NCBI GenBank assembly: GCA_016933055.1
Contig: JAFGBS010000008.1
Location: forward strand, 1 to 32,000
Source of the DNA: Promethearchaeota archaeon
Lineage (GTDB): Archaea > Asgardarchaeota > Lokiarchaeia > Sigyniarchaeales > Promethearchaeaceae
Direction of reading: 5' to 3'
DNA: 32,000 nucleotides
Below the pieces are notes generated by a model. The model was not told where the DNA came from. It did not search any database and worked only from the letters and a program-made list of their open reading frames with translations. The stretch's first letter is position 1; every line of letters starts with the position of its first letter. Of this stretch, positions 1 through 8,666 are shown in pieces. A program made the position numbers and the translations under genes.

Positions 1-41
1 CCGCGTACAGTATAGTTACCCCTTTATACATCTGTCGTATG

Positions 42-60
42 AAAAAAAAATAAAAAAAAA
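42..60 (-). terminator. Oligo-T tract (T9-A-T9 on - strand), archaeal-type terminator candidate
   Basis: A9-T-A9 on + strand, about 30 nt downstream of the stop of the 90..752 gene. Confidence 0.45.
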
Positions 61-89
61 GCGATTAGGTTCAGCAAATGTAGATTATT

Positions 90-752
90 TTACATTTTAT
101 TTTTTTTCCGAACAAAAAACACCGCCCCGAGATAAATATACAATCCTATAGGTACGACAATCAACAAAATTAACGCTACCAGATCTCCTACCATCGTTCC
201 GATTAATACACCCAAATAAAATGGGATAATTAACCACGCAGCAGTTCGAGATGATTTAGCCCCACTAAACGAACAGATATAAAATGCAACAATTATGATA
301 AAACCAGGGATATAGTATATAGGAATATACGGTAAAAACGGAATAGGTTGTCCCAATCCTCCAAGAACCCGAAAGGATGCAAATGCTTCATCCCACCAAT
401 TGTAATATGGATAGGGATAATTTCCAGTGTCTATCCATAGAGTAATAAAGTACATTAAATCCTCAAACACAGCCATAAAAAATTGCCCCATGATAATTTG
501 TTCTAACGAAAATTTTGTCGTAAATGCTAAGATCACTATTAAAAGTAAATGCATCATTGCCCAATGTGCTATTTGTGGAATCATATTGGGAACGATTCCA
601 CTTTTCATGATATAATATTCATAAATTCCCCAAACTATAGAATAAAAAAAGGAGATGAAAAATCCGATCTTAACTGTTTTCAGATGTTTTTTCTTGTCAG
701 TTTCAATTCTAAAAGGACTTTCAATTAACCAACTGCCTAATTTGTTTGCCAT
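90..752 (-). CDS. Hypothetical multi-pass membrane protein
   Basis: 220-aa ORF with 5-6 hydrophobic segments and a polar FEDLMYF/YPYPYYNWWD loop; ATG at 752 preferred over the TTG at 758. Confidence 0.8.
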   Translation of the reverse strand: MANKLGSWLIESPFRIETDKKKHLKTVKIGFFISFFYSIVWGIYEYYIMKSGIVPNMIPQIAHWAMMHLLLIVILAFTTKFSLEQIIMGQFFMAVFEDLMYFITLWIDTGNYPYPYYNWWDEAFASFRVLGGLGQPIPFLPYIPIYYIPGFIIIVAFYICSFSGAKSSRTAAWLIIPFYLGVLIGTMVGDLVALILLIVVPIGLYIYLGAVFFVRKKNKM

Positions 753-816
753 TTTCAAAAAAAGGGATTGTTAATAGATAAAATTATTGGTGATTCCTGT
801 TTTTAACAGATTGCCT

Positions 817-1071
817 TCAGTTTCCGAACATATTCTTATATCCTTCAAATATTCCCGTTATATCGAAAACAAAGGTCTTCTTTGAACCACAATTTGAGCA
901 AACACAATCCAGTTCGTCACAAGGGAAACCTCTAAAATCCACTAACCTTTGCATTTGCATCTTATATGTTCTCTTGGATCCGCAATTCTCACAAATTTGA
1001 GTTCCAATGTATTTATACTCTTCCGCAACAGCGTTAACTTTCAAAATCATATCTCCGTCATCGTCGCTCAT
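817..1071 (-). CDS. Small Zn-ribbon-like protein
   Basis: 84 aa with two CxxCG knuckles (CENCG, CSNCG) plus two further Cys. Confidence 0.75.
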   Translation of the reverse strand: MSDDDGDMILKVNAVAEEYKYIGTQICENCGSKRTYKMQMQRLVDFRGFPCDELDCVCSNCGSKKTFVFDITGIFEGYKNMFGN

Positions 1072-1167
1072 AGGGGACTAGTTTAACTTCTTCCTAAAAT
1101 ATGCATCGACATTATTATCGCTTTAATACCAAGTCCTTTTAACGCTTGATACTGAATTCTAGGTGGA

Positions 1168-1722
1168 ATGAGTAGATTTATTCTTCGTGGATATTCCACG
1201 AAAAAAGATCCCAAAAAATATCACCAATTTCGAGTGTACTTAAAACATTCACAAGATAAAATAAAATTAAGTCATCCATCGCCTAGCACAAAACAAAAAG
1301 AACTCATTCCATTACGAGCCGTCCCTCCCATTGCACGATCTGCACGAGGAAAGAAAAATAGTGGATTAGAACGACTTGCAGCAGCGGAAGGGTGGAGATT
1401 GGACCTTATTCACTCCTATATTGATAAAATATTAGAAGAATTCAAACCTGAAAAAGAATATTTACAGACTACCGTTGAGGGAGATATCACTCACTTGGAT
1501 GATTTATCCCAGGAATACATGATAACCCAGGATTACGGGATTCGTTTGGCGGTTCTATTTAAAGTGATCGCGAGAATCCAAATCAAGTCTAAAATATATA
1601 ATATCCTTACAGTGGTTCAAAATATGGACGTGGAAGAATTGTTTTATTGGTGGAGAAAGCTATTTGAGAAAAAAGATGACAATAAAGTGGTCACAGCTTT
1701 TCGGATCCTGTTTGAGGATTAA
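1168..1722 (+). CDS. Hypothetical protein; C-terminus resembles DUF7680-like small helical proteins
   Basis: 184 aa, AGGTGG RBS directly upstream; C-terminal YGIRLAVLFK...MDVEELFYWW...AFRILF pattern (resemblance from memory, not searched). Confidence 0.7.
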   Translation: MSRFILRGYSTKKDPKKYHQFRVYLKHSQDKIKLSHPSPSTKQKELIPLRAVPPIARSARGKKNSGLERLAAAEGWRLDLIHSYIDKILEEFKPEKEYLQTTVEGDITHLDDLSQEYMITQDYGIRLAVLFKVIARIQIKSKIYNILTVVQNMDVEELFYWWRKLFEKKDDNKVVTAFRILFED

Positions 1723-1820
1723 TCTCACTCCCATAAATAGAAACTTCATATTATTCTTAATTAATCAGAATCAAGAAATACTCCATAAATTTAATAAGAA
1801 AATAAAACAAACCCATCTCT

Positions 1821-2393
1821 ATGAATATCAATCATAAATCTCGTTGTTTTGGAACTGGAAATACACTGATGGAAAAATATCATGACGAGGAGTGGGGTGT
1901 TCCAGTCCACAATGATAAGGAATTATTTGAATTCTTGATTCTAGAAGGTGCTCAGGCCGGCCTTAGTTGGAGTACAGTTCTTAAAAAACGAGAAAACTAT
2001 AGAAAAGCATTTGATAATTGGGATTATTTGAAAATTGCCCAATATAACTCTGCTGATATTGCAAGGCTTTTAGAAGATAAAGGGATTATTCGAAACAGAC
2101 TTAAGATCGAATCTGCAATACAAAATGCAAGGATTTTCAAAACAATTCAAAAAGAATTTGGATCCTTCGATTCCTACATTTGGGGATTTGTGGAGGGTCA
2201 ACCATTAAAGCATAGTATAGCAGATTGGAGTGAATCTCCCTCTAAAACACCGTTATCGGATCAAATTTCCAAGGATTTGAAAAAAAAAGGAATGAAGTTT
2301 GTCGGAAGTACTATTATTTATGCGTATTTACAAGCAATAGGCATAGTCAATGATCACCTTACCTCATGTTTTCGATATAATCAAATCATTTGA
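1821..2393 (+). CDS. tag: DNA-3-methyladenine glycosylase I
   Basis: RC...YHDEEWG, LFEFLILEGAQAGLSW, IIRNRLKI, FVGSTIIYAYLQAIGIVNDHLTSC motifs. Confidence 0.95.
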   Translation: MNINHKSRCFGTGNTLMEKYHDEEWGVPVHNDKELFEFLILEGAQAGLSWSTVLKKRENYRKAFDNWDYLKIAQYNSADIARLLEDKGIIRNRLKIESAIQNARIFKTIQKEFGSFDSYIWGFVEGQPLKHSIADWSESPSKTPLSDQISKDLKKKGMKFVGSTIIYAYLQAIGIVNDHLTSCFRYNQII

Positions 2394-3833
2394 TTAAATT
2401 AAGCATTGCATTATTACTGGGAAATGGTCTGAAGGGTAATGTTGTAATCCATCAGGTCCTGTATAGGTATCTTGTAGCACTTCACATGTCATAGCCAAGA
2501 TATCCGAACTCACGAAGATGAAATCAATCATATTTGTGGGACTATCATAAGTAAGTTCAAAACCATTGAATGTATCAATCAAATGGGGACCCGGACCATT
2601 CACAAGGTGATAAGCGCTCTTTAACGGTTTTGATCCATAATTTTCCATGAAGTTCCAGCCACTCATGGAGGAATTATAATTAAAATCTCCTGCTACTATT
2701 ACAGGAACATCCCCCGAATATTCTGCAACACGTTCATTCAACAGAACATTTGCTTTCTCACGGAATTCAGCTCCTGAATCATAATGCACCGAAACCACAC
2801 AGACTTGCTCTTGAGTGGCAATTTCTTCGAATCTTGCCCAAGAAACAACTCGATCTTTATCAAATTTTCCATGCCAGGTTTGACTTGGATAAAAAGGATA
2901 ATCAGACAACCAGAAATTTCCACCTGTAATTACTCGGTATTTTAATGAATCAAAAAGGATACATGCATGCTCCCCACTGATCACTCCATCGTCACGTCCT
3001 GCACCTATATATTTATAAGTTCGAGAGGTTAACGTTTGCATAAGGTATCGTATCTGAAAATAATAAGCTTCTTGAATACAGATAAAATCGGAATCGAAAG
3101 TATCTATATATGAAGTAAGTTCATCTTTTCTGTATCTCCAATAATCATACTCATTTTCCTCGATACCAGTTCCTAGTCGAATATTATAGGTAGTAAGTGT
3201 GACATTCATCCCTCCAGAAGGAATATAGGAAGATGGGGCGGGAATGTAGGGTCGAATAAAACCAATGGTTATGAACATTCCACCTAATAGGATGAACAAT
3301 AATGCCGAACTTATTGTGATATTTTTCATTGTTGAGGAAGTCAGTTTAGTGGGTAAGGAGACAAAGAAGGAACGAACAGGTTTGATTAAAAATAATAGAA
3401 TTCCTGCGATGAATCCCCCTAAAATCATATAGGCTATAACAAATCGCCAGAAATATATCATTATTCCAGTTCCACCTATTAACCCCAGAATACCGACATT
3501 GTTTAATACTATAATACCTATCTTTCGAGCAATTGGCATTTCGCGACTGGATCGCAATAACAAAAATTCATTGCACACTAAAAATCCCAAATATACCCCT
3601 AAAAGGGGGGGAATAAACATAGTTACAGCAAGTAAGCATAGATTTAATAATATGATTCTGTATGTCTGCTTCTTTTCCATTGTTTTTCCACGGAGTAGTA
3701 TCATGCAACTTGACAAAATTAACGCACCAAGGACATAATACCATCCAAATTCTACAGTTAAGTACCCGCTCGGAAAAAACCATTGAAAAAGGCGTTCCCA
3801 CATCGAACTGAATACTTTGTAACCAATGGCCAT
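2394..3833 (-). CDS. Membrane-anchored endonuclease/exonuclease/phosphatase (EEP) family protein
   Basis: About 190-aa N-terminal multi-TM region followed by TYNIR, CIQEA, GDFN, IDFIF and SDHFPV catalytic motifs. Confidence 0.85.
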   Translation of the reverse strand: MAIGYKVFSSMWERLFQWFFPSGYLTVEFGWYYVLGALILSSCMILLRGKTMEKKQTYRIILLNLCLLAVTMFIPPLLGVYLGFLVCNEFLLLRSSREMPIARKIGIIVLNNVGILGLIGGTGIMIYFWRFVIAYMILGGFIAGILLFLIKPVRSFFVSLPTKLTSSTMKNITISSALLFILLGGMFITIGFIRPYIPAPSSYIPSGGMNVTLTTYNIRLGTGIEENEYDYWRYRKDELTSYIDTFDSDFICIQEAYYFQIRYLMQTLTSRTYKYIGAGRDDGVISGEHACILFDSLKYRVITGGNFWLSDYPFYPSQTWHGKFDKDRVVSWARFEEIATQEQVCVVSVHYDSGAEFREKANVLLNERVAEYSGDVPVIVAGDFNYNSSMSGWNFMENYGSKPLKSAYHLVNGPGPHLIDTFNGFELTYDSPTNMIDFIFVSSDILAMTCEVLQDTYTGPDGLQHYPSDHFPVIMQCLI

Positions 3834-3915
3834 AGTAATCCTTCCTTCGAACTGATATTAAAAATCATGTCAACCGATTCTCTAGAAAAAAACTCAAATG
3901 AAAAAATGATAAAAA

Positions 3916-6279
3916 TCAGAATTTTAACCCAAATTTATCCAGATATAATCCCATGAAATTCTGGAAGATCTTTACTTTTCCGATTGGTTTTACTTTCAAA
4001 CGATTGGAAAGAACGGCTGAAACGGGATTGAGATTCATATTCATAATATCATCGAATACTTCTTGAGTTCGAAATGAAAGAGTTAAACTGGGTTTAGCTA
4101 GATTCCCTTTACCTGCTGTGAAGTCTCCATTATCTAAGCTCATCCAAATCCATTCGTCTTCAGGTTTATCTTGAATTATAAGTTGAATTCCCTCATTTAC
4201 TGTACCGAATTCCTCAAGAAAATCTCGTTCCGATTGTGCATATAAGCACACAAACTGGATATATTCAAACATTCCCTCAGAGGGCATATTATGATCTTTT
4301 AATAGAGGAATATATTTTTCCTTTAATTGTTCCATTTTCTGTAATTCTTCAGGGGTGATCCTTAGTTTCTCTTTTTCAGCTTGCAATTCTACTCCTTTTC
4401 CAATTATACCAAGTTCTTCCAGCCTTTCAGTAGTAGGTTTACCTGTTTCCCAATCCCATCCACGTAATTTGTAGTAAGTTCGGAGATTTTCTTCTAAATG
4501 AAGATCCACTCCTCCAGTTGGTCCGTGATCAAAGACTTGTAATACATGTGTAGGTAATCGATCATCTCGTCGAGTGATTCCCATATTACACGAAATTAAT
4601 CTCTTAATATTAGTCATTCGTTCTCCCATTTGGAGAATTGATTGAGGAGAGTATCTGAATCCAGTTGCTAAAGATATATATTTTGCAATATCACTAACTT
4701 TCGGTGGAGTTTCAAAAGAACAATTCACTGCAGAATCATCAATCGCTCGAATATCTTGGAATGCAATCACTCCCGCTTCTCTTCCCGTTATATCGTATTT
4801 ATCACCGGGATTTATTTCATATTCTGGAAATATGATTGCTTGACTTTCTACTTGAAACCAATCGCATTTTTCATGATTTGCACCAACACAACATGTCATA
4901 TAAGATAAAGCTTGACCCGCATAGGCACGAGGATCATGCATGGGGATTTCCAAACCTTTCACGTGGGCTGCTAGTTCGGAATCTACTTCTAATATTTCTG
5001 CCATCCGTTTTACTCCCTCCGCCAGTAGGTCCCCAATTCCTTTACGCTCTTGTATTAGTTTCAAAAGTTTTAATATTAAATTAGGATTACCCCACCTTAT
5101 CTCTTCCAAAATAGTGTACTTAAGACGTTTTCTAATCCGGCGTGTGGCTAAATTGTTTTCGACCAAGTAAATTAGAAACGCAATGGAAACTCCGCTCGAA
5201 ATCGTGTCCATTCCATACACATTTCCAAAATGATGCGCTAAGATAACCGATTTTGGATCAAACACCCCCGTGAGAGATCCATACGATGCCATGGATTCGT
5301 ATTCGGGACCATCTACACGAATTTCCTTTCCTTCATAGGGCACTATCGTCTGTTTTGCACATTTTAGTGTACAGCCTGCACATCCGGTAATGAACATGGG
5401 AAATTGTTCTTTCAGAGTTTTCGATGTGAGTAATTCGGCTGAGAATTCATTTTCTGTGAAATAATAACTTGGAACATCTCCTGCAAACATTCCCATATCC
5501 ATATAGGAATTGGTACCAAAAATGTTGAATACTTTGGGTAAAATGGATGCAACCAAATCATCTTCCAGAAGAAAATCGATTTTCTTTCGATGTTCAGTAA
5601 TTTCTTTGGGAGATGCGATTTTTGGCATGGTGGAAGACCTAATGGCTATTGCTTTCAGATTCTTTGATCCCATCACGGCTCCCATTCCACATCTTCCTGC
5701 TGCTCGTCCCTCGTCATTAATTACACATGCATATCTCACTAGATTTTCTCCAGCAACTCCGCAGCATGCAATTTTGATTTGGTCTGATTGCAACTTGTCC
5801 TTAATTGCCTTTTGGGTTTCATATGTATCCATTCCCCAGATATTAGATGCATCTTGGAATTGAATTTCTGCGTTTTCCACATACAAAAATACGGGATTCT
5901 TTGCTTTTCCAGTTATTACCAAAGCATCAAAACCACTGTTATGAAGTGCAATACAGAAATATCCTCCTGAGGTTGACTCTCCCCATTGGTTCGTTAATGG
6001 AGAGATTGCACATACGGAATACCTTCCAGAAGCGGGACGTGTGGAACCAGTGACGGGACCCGTGGCAAAAACTAGTGGATTAATGGGAGAAAAAGGATTT
6101 ATTTTTAACTCCTCATAATCTTCTTTCTTTAATAAGTCATAAATGATTTTAGCGCTTAAACCCGCTCCACCCAAATATGCTCTGGCAATGTTTTCTTCTA
6201 ATGATTTGATATCCACAGTTTTTTCAGTTAAATTTACAAATGCTATTTTTCCATTATATCCATATAATTCTGTAATTAT
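3916..6279 (-). CDS. aor: Aldehyde:ferredoxin oxidoreductase (W-pterin family) with C-terminal SCP2-like domain; start extended upstream of the ORF-track GTG at 6216
   Basis: YGYNGKIAFVNL N-terminus (6264-6229), GRCGMGAVMGSKNLKA, CAGCTLKC plus a fourth Cys (AVNC), DGPEYE, KGLEIPMHDPR; last ~110 aa resemble SCP2 (PSLTLSF...LNPVSAVLSNRLKV). Exact start (ATA 6279 or ATT 6276) is uncertain. Confidence 0.9.
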   Translation of the reverse strand: MITELYGYNGKIAFVNLTEKTVDIKSLEENIARAYLGGAGLSAKIIYDLLKKEDYEELKINPFSPINPLVFATGPVTGSTRPASGRYSVCAISPLTNQWGESTSGGYFCIALHNSGFDALVITGKAKNPVFLYVENAEIQFQDASNIWGMDTYETQKAIKDKLQSDQIKIACCGVAGENLVRYACVINDEGRAAGRCGMGAVMGSKNLKAIAIRSSTMPKIASPKEITEHRKKIDFLLEDDLVASILPKVFNIFGTNSYMDMGMFAGDVPSYYFTENEFSAELLTSKTLKEQFPMFITGCAGCTLKCAKQTIVPYEGKEIRVDGPEYESMASYGSLTGVFDPKSVILAHHFGNVYGMDTISSGVSIAFLIYLVENNLATRRIRKRLKYTILEEIRWGNPNLILKLLKLIQERKGIGDLLAEGVKRMAEILEVDSELAAHVKGLEIPMHDPRAYAGQALSYMTCCVGANHEKCDWFQVESQAIIFPEYEINPGDKYDITGREAGVIAFQDIRAIDDSAVNCSFETPPKVSDIAKYISLATGFRYSPQSILQMGERMTNIKRLISCNMGITRRDDRLPTHVLQVFDHGPTGGVDLHLEENLRTYYKLRGWDWETGKPTTERLEELGIIGKGVELQAEKEKLRITPEELQKMEQLKEKYIPLLKDHNMPSEGMFEYIQFVCLYAQSERDFLEEFGTVNEGIQLIIQDKPEDEWIWMSLDNGDFTAGKGNLAKPSLTLSFRTQEVFDDIMNMNLNPVSAVLSNRLKVKPIGKVKIFQNFMGLYLDKFGLKF

Positions 6280-6288
6280 TTTTCCCTC

Positions 6289-7587
6289 CTAATAGATAAT
6301 CTCTCCATTCCATGCAGATTTGTAAATATTCAGATAATTTTCTAACCTCAAAGGGCGATAGGATGCTAAATGAGCGATATCATTGAGTGCGTATTCAGCC
6401 ATTAATGGAATTTTAGTCTTATAATCCTCTTCCTTGATAATGGGTCTCTTGACTTCTCGCACTGCCACGGCACCTCCTACTTTTCTGATAAATGTTTGGA
6501 TATTTTCAATTAAGGATTCTAATGCTTTTTGACGCGACATTTGCTTATCCTCGACTTCAAATATTGGACATAAATCCCTCCATCGTTCGGTTACTTTCGC
6601 TTGCCATGCAACCGATTGAGGAGTGAATAATCCAACAGAATATCCATGATGCACTTCCATCAATGCACCAAAGCTGTGACCCAGAGCATGTTCTATACCG
6701 GGCATAGAATTAGAAAATCCTAATCCTGCCATCAACGCAGCCCACTGCATATGTTCCCATCCTTCCAGATCTTTTGATCCATATTTAACCAGTCGAGGTA
6801 AATACTGCAAGGTTTCTTTAATTGCAGTAATATTAATTGCTGTAGTCAATGGGTTATTCCAGTTGGATACATATGCTCCCATTGCATGGGCAAACGTATC
6901 TAGACCAGTCCCCATGATGAGGAAAGGAGGGAGATCTTTCACAAAATCTGGGTGAAGAATAACTATCGTCGGTAGAATATCATCTGCAGTGATTCCAATC
7001 TTTTTATGGGGTGCACGACGCGTATCATTTAATACTGCCGCAGTTGTGACTTCCGAACCCGTGCCTATGGTTGTCGGAATTGCAACTAAATGTTTTATTT
7101 TTCGATGTAATCCAATTGAACCGGATACTGCATCTATATTAAGTAGATTCAATTCAGGTTTCTCATACTTAATGTTTACAATTTTTGCAGTATCCATCAC
7201 CGATCCCCCTCCGATAGCCATGAGAATAGTTGGATTGAATTCTTTACAAATTTGTACTCCCTTTTCGATGGTTTCATAAGGGACTTCGGCTTTCACTCCC
7301 TCCCATAATTTAATTTCAAAATTGGTATTTGAGAACGCATCTTCCATTTTTGGTAAGAATTTCTTAGTAAAATTATCGGTTATCACTAAAATTCGTTTTT
7401 CATTATCGTATAGAGATTGATCCATATATTTTGTGGCATCTGCTATCCCATTTTCTCCAGAAAATACTAAATTGGCTTTAAATCCTGCCATTACACTTCG
7501 CATAGCCCTAGCCCCCATCAATCCCATCATTTCTTGGATAAAAGGATCTTCATACCACGGTTTTTGCTCACTGTTATCTTCTTCCAT
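6289..7587 (-). CDS. Iron-containing alcohol dehydrogenase
   Basis: GGGSVMD, PTTIGTGSEVT, GLDTFAH, EHALGH and HHG motifs; AGGTGA RBS supports ATG at 7587. Confidence 0.92.
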   Translation of the reverse strand: MEEDNSEQKPWYEDPFIQEMMGLMGARAMRSVMAGFKANLVFSGENGIADATKYMDQSLYDNEKRILVITDNFTKKFLPKMEDAFSNTNFEIKLWEGVKAEVPYETIEKGVQICKEFNPTILMAIGGGSVMDTAKIVNIKYEKPELNLLNIDAVSGSIGLHRKIKHLVAIPTTIGTGSEVTTAAVLNDTRRAPHKKIGITADDILPTIVILHPDFVKDLPPFLIMGTGLDTFAHAMGAYVSNWNNPLTTAINITAIKETLQYLPRLVKYGSKDLEGWEHMQWAALMAGLGFSNSMPGIEHALGHSFGALMEVHHGYSVGLFTPQSVAWQAKVTERWRDLCPIFEVEDKQMSRQKALESLIENIQTFIRKVGGAVAVREVKRPIIKEEDYKTKIPLMAEYALNDIAHLASYRPLRLENYLNIYKSAWNGEIIY

Positions 7588-7885
7588 TACTCTCACCTTG
7601 AAAAGAACATCAAATATACCACATATGAGTTATTAAATTTTTTTGCTAAGTTGCTAAAACTTAAGTGAAATATGAAAATATATATAAAAAAACACCATTT
7701 ATAATGGGTTTGTATAGAATTTTTTCCTCCATAGGTCACTTTCAGTTTTAAAAATACATTTAAAAAGTCAATTAGACAACCTAATATGACAAAAATATTC
7801 GTAATTATATATTCTCTTGAATAAATTTTGGTGTATACTAAGCTTGTTGAGTTTTAGCATCTCTTGTAATTCTAAAGAATATAAG

Positions 7886-7894
7886 AAAAAAAAA
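7886..7894 (-). terminator. Oligo-T (T9) terminator candidate
   Basis: A9 on + strand, about 20 nt after the stop of 7916..8467. Confidence 0.35.
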
Positions 7895-7915
7895 GTAGAA
7901 AATTTACGATGGTTC

Positions 7916-8467
7916 TTATTCTGCGGTTTTAGTGCTAGCTGTCCCTTTGAAATAGAAGACTGTGAGGTATAAAGCTACTCCTAAAGCAAGGAGGATGACA
8001 CCAATGATTGAAAATACCCCAGTCCATCCAGAAAAAAAACCAATGGAAAACCCAAAAATAAATACCACTAGACCCGGGATGAATTTCTCATATTTATCTA
8101 GATTCTTTTTAAAGGCTTCGTAAACCAAACCTGCTAATATTAGAAAGGCTAATATCATCATGGTGATTGTTGTCATATAAGCTATTCCTAGGATCAAATA
8201 GGCTAACGCTACTAAGAATAAAAATCCTATTCCACCAAAAATAACCATTAGTTTCAAGATTGCTTCTCCTTTATTGAGAAACATTTTCAGAACATATGCA
8301 AGAATTGTTACCATTCCAAAGATCCCTGCTATTAAAATAAATACCCCGAAACTAGTTCCACTTGTACCAGAAAAAACTACTTGGAACATCCAGAGGAATA
8401 TTCCAGCAAAGATCGCAATTTTTGCTATTTTTTCACCTAGTACCAATTGTTTTTCTTCAATTTTCAT
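7916..8467 (-). CDS. Hypothetical 6-TM membrane protein
   Basis: 183 aa, almost entirely hydrophobic helices; GAGGT RBS 8 nt upstream of ATG. Confidence 0.8.
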   Translation of the reverse strand: MKIEEKQLVLGEKIAKIAIFAGIFLWMFQVVFSGTSGTSFGVFILIAGIFGMVTILAYVLKMFLNKGEAILKLMVIFGGIGFLFLVALAYLILGIAYMTTITMMILAFLILAGLVYEAFKKNLDKYEKFIPGLVVFIFGFSIGFFSGWTGVFSIIGVILLALGVALYLTVFYFKGTASTKTAE

Positions 8468-8666
8468 TTATACATACCTCATTTTTGTCGATTATACTAA
8501 AGAAATAATAAATCTGGATTCCAACGGATTTCTATCCACCAGTTCCCAGAAATGTTAAGATACAATACATTTTCTCGGATATAAATCTTTCATCTGTTTA
8601 TATAGATATATATGTAATTTATAATTACACAATCTGTCGATTTTATGGCTTATTATTGAGTAAGTT

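Noticed and set aside
8468-8482. Mini uORFs (MRYV*, MYK*) before 8467, and MRFDV* before 17642
   Set aside because: Their ATGs arise from AT-rich flanks of the GAGGT RBS; no independent evidence of function
8613-8629. Palindromes TGTAATT-TAT-AATTACA and CCATT-TAT-AATGG (7695-7707) as shared operators
   Set aside because: The shared core is just an AT-rich TATA-like ATTTATAAT and the arms differ; expected by chance in about 23% GC DNA
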